From Candidatus Aceula meridiana (GTDB lineage: Bacteria > Omnitrophota > Gorgyraeia > Zapsychrales > Aceulaceae), in the NCBI GenBank assembly GCA_030765185.1, contig JAVCDE010000024.1:379538-443537 (forward strand): a stretch of 64,000 bases of DNA, in the 5' to 3' direction. The position numbers and the translations under genes were made by a program. Positions 62,267 through 64,000 of the stretch are shown one piece after another. The number at the start of each line of letters is the position of its first letter. The stretch's first letter is position 1. The notes below the pieces were generated by a model that was not told where the DNA came from, did not search any database, and saw only the letters and a list, made by a program, of their open reading frames with translations.

Positions 62267-62338
62267 ACATCCACCCCTAAAACATACCATAACCCTAAGG
62301 CGATTTTTGTGCCCTTCTTTGATTCATTAAAAGATTCA

Positions 62339-63643
62339 TTAAAAATATCGTACAGCTAAATAAATTGTGCAGATAATAACAGACTGAAGCATAAAAAATA
62401 GACCGTATTTGAAAAAATGAAGAAAAGAGACATGATAGTTATTTTTCTTGCTAATACGCGCCATAACAATATTGGCGGAAGCGCCAATTAATGTTCCGTT
62501 TCCGCCTAAACACGCGCCTAATGCAAGCGCCCACCACAATGGCTGAACTGACTGCAAATGGATTGTGCCAGCAGCCACAGACCCTGATGCTTCTGAAAAA
62601 TGCGCAATAAAATGCTTAATAAGAGGGATCATTGTAATGACAAAAGGAATATTGTCAAGAATCGCTGAAAGCAAAGCCGAACCCCATAACACAATGATGC
62701 AAACTAAAAATAAATTCTTACCGGCCAAATGCAAAATTTTATATCCAATCCAGCCGATGACACCATTCACCTCCAACGCCGAAATAATCATAAACATTCC
62801 AATAAAAAAGAAAATAACACCCCACTCTACTTGTGCCAGGGAATCTTCGCTTTCAGAGCGGCACGCCAAGACCATTATCATGCTCCCACTTAAGGCGATT
62901 ATCCCGGGTTCTACCCCGATAATTTCATGCAGAAAAAATCCTAAAAAAATCAGCCCCATAACACAAAGAGAACGAATCATATTTTTTTTATCAACAATCG
63001 CTAAACGAGGAATTGCGTCTTTAACGCGCATTTTTATTCTTTCGGGAACATGAAATTTTTTTCTAAAAAGAACCCAGACTGTCATCAAAAAGACTGCAAA
63101 AACTATCAAAATAACAGGGCCCAAATGAATAAGAAAATCATTAAATGATAAATTCCCTTTTGATCCGATGACAATATTCGGAGGGTCTCCAATCAGCGTC
63201 GCCGCTCCCCCAATGTTCGAAACAATGGCCTCAAGCATAACAAACGGAATAGGCGAAATTTCAAGCAGCTGTGTAATTAAGATGGTGATAGGAACAAGAA
63301 GGATAATCGTTGTAACATTATCAAGAAAAGCAGAAAGTACCGCCGTAACCGAAAGCAGCAAAAGCAGAATAAAAAGTGGCTTTCCTTTGGAAAATTTTGC
63401 AACACTGATTGCAGTCCATTCAAAAAATCCTGTTTTAGCAAGAACATGGACGGAAGTCATCATCCCAATAAGCAGAAAAATAACATTAAAATCTACCGCA
63501 TCAACGGCCTGCTGGAAGGTGACTAATTTTAAAAAAAGAACAGCTGACGCCCCGAGAATAGCAACAGTGGTTTTGTTTACCTTCTCGGTTACAATAAAAA
63601 TATAAACGATAATAAATATCAATATCGACAAAAATGCAGCCAC
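62339..63643 (-). CDS. ArsB/NhaD (IT superfamily) ion transporter
   Basis: SAFLDNVTT, SN.GG..TLIGDPPN, SA.LDNIP, LGGNGTLIGASAN. Confidence 0.9.
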   Translation of the reverse strand: MAAFLSILIFIIVYIFIVTEKVNKTTVAILGASAVLFLKLVTFQQAVDAVDFNVIFLLIGMMTSVHVLAKTGFFEWTAISVAKFSKGKPLFILLLLLSVTAVLSAFLDNVTTIILLVPITILITQLLEISPIPFVMLEAIVSNIGGAATLIGDPPNIVIGSKGNLSFNDFLIHLGPVILIVFAVFLMTVWVLFRKKFHVPERIKMRVKDAIPRLAIVDKKNMIRSLCVMGLIFLGFFLHEIIGVEPGIIALSGSMIMVLACRSESEDSLAQVEWGVIFFFIGMFMIISALEVNGVIGWIGYKILHLAGKNLFLVCIIVLWGSALLSAILDNIPFVITMIPLIKHFIAHFSEASGSVAAGTIHLQSVQPLWWALALGACLGGNGTLIGASANIVMARISKKNNYHVSFLHFFKYGLFFMLQSVIICTIYLAVRYF

Positions 63644-63662
63644 CGCTTAAAACCTTCCTCTC

Positions 63663-64000
63663 TTAAAAAAATAATATTTTATCAATAATGGTAAACCGGT
63701 CAATAACCCCTATCAAGGTCTTGTCCTCTCGAACAACAAACAGATGAGATCTTTTTTTGACGGTCATCTCAAAAATAATTTCAACCAAAGTTTTATCTTC
63801 AAATAAAACGTCAACATTCTTAATATACAAATCTTTTACTTTTAAATTCTTCCGAATATGAAAATACTTCTCAAAAGGATCGATATGCCGAACAAAAGAA
63901 ATAGTATTCAATTGCTTAAAAAAGTCCGGCATTCCGTATTGAAAAACCTCAAGACAAGACAACTCCCCGCAAAAACGGCGACAATCATCAACCACCGGCA
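63663..64000 (-). CDS. CBS-domain protein, 3' part (start beyond window end)
   Basis: VKDL, LFVV.ED..LIGVIDR; reading frame open to the window edge. Confidence 0.7.
   Translation of the reverse strand, partial: PVVDDCRRFCGELSCLEVFQYGMPDFFKQLNTISFVRHIDPFEKYFHIRKNLKVKDLYIKNVDVLFEDKTLVEIIFEMTVKKRSHLFVVREDKTLIGVIDRFTIIDKILFF

Noticed and set aside
611-63605. Numerous short antisense/nested ORFs in the track
   Set aside because: Shadows of well-supported genes on the opposite strand or frame, without recognisable motifs

Overview
A low-GC chromosomal window from a diderm bacterium, most likely Candidatus Omnitrophota (PVC). This is inferred from mcsA-mcsB, a Zn-ribbon spoVG, fused lpxC-fabZ with lpxI, and the type of giant gene present. 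Nearly all genes lie on the minus strand. 1-24.3 kb is a housekeeping block: mcsAB, ilvE, lolDE, lysS, lexA, msrAB, lpxI-lpxA-lpxC/fabZ-lpxD-skp-bamA, dnaB-rplI-rpsR-ssb-rpsF, pth-rplY-prs-glmU, tRNA-Gln, spoVG-ispE, a TPR protein and hisG. The central feature is a 14.35-kb gene (24399-38750, 4783 aa). It has a signal-like N-terminus, distinct N- and C-terminal cap domains, and about 11 unrelated cargo modules between them: NagB+PIG-L, methyltransferases, HAD, GNATs, P-loop kinase, DnaA-like HTH, helical repeats and a degenerate J-domain. Several module junctions carry a recurring GC-rich linker (I/V-SS-x-A-x-D/T-PAQ), two copies of which share 17 identical bp. This suggests an exported modular polyprotein assembled from cassettes. 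The right part holds a PpiD/SurA-like chaperone, DNA-repair and RNA-modification genes, a cation-chloride-type transporter, an ECF sigma/anti-sigma/Spy locus with twin ECF promoters, and an ars operon. Four small genes absent from the ORF track, a candidate new LexA box at a leaderless lexA, and REP-like repeats were also found. No CRISPR array, rRNA, integrase or transposase was seen.
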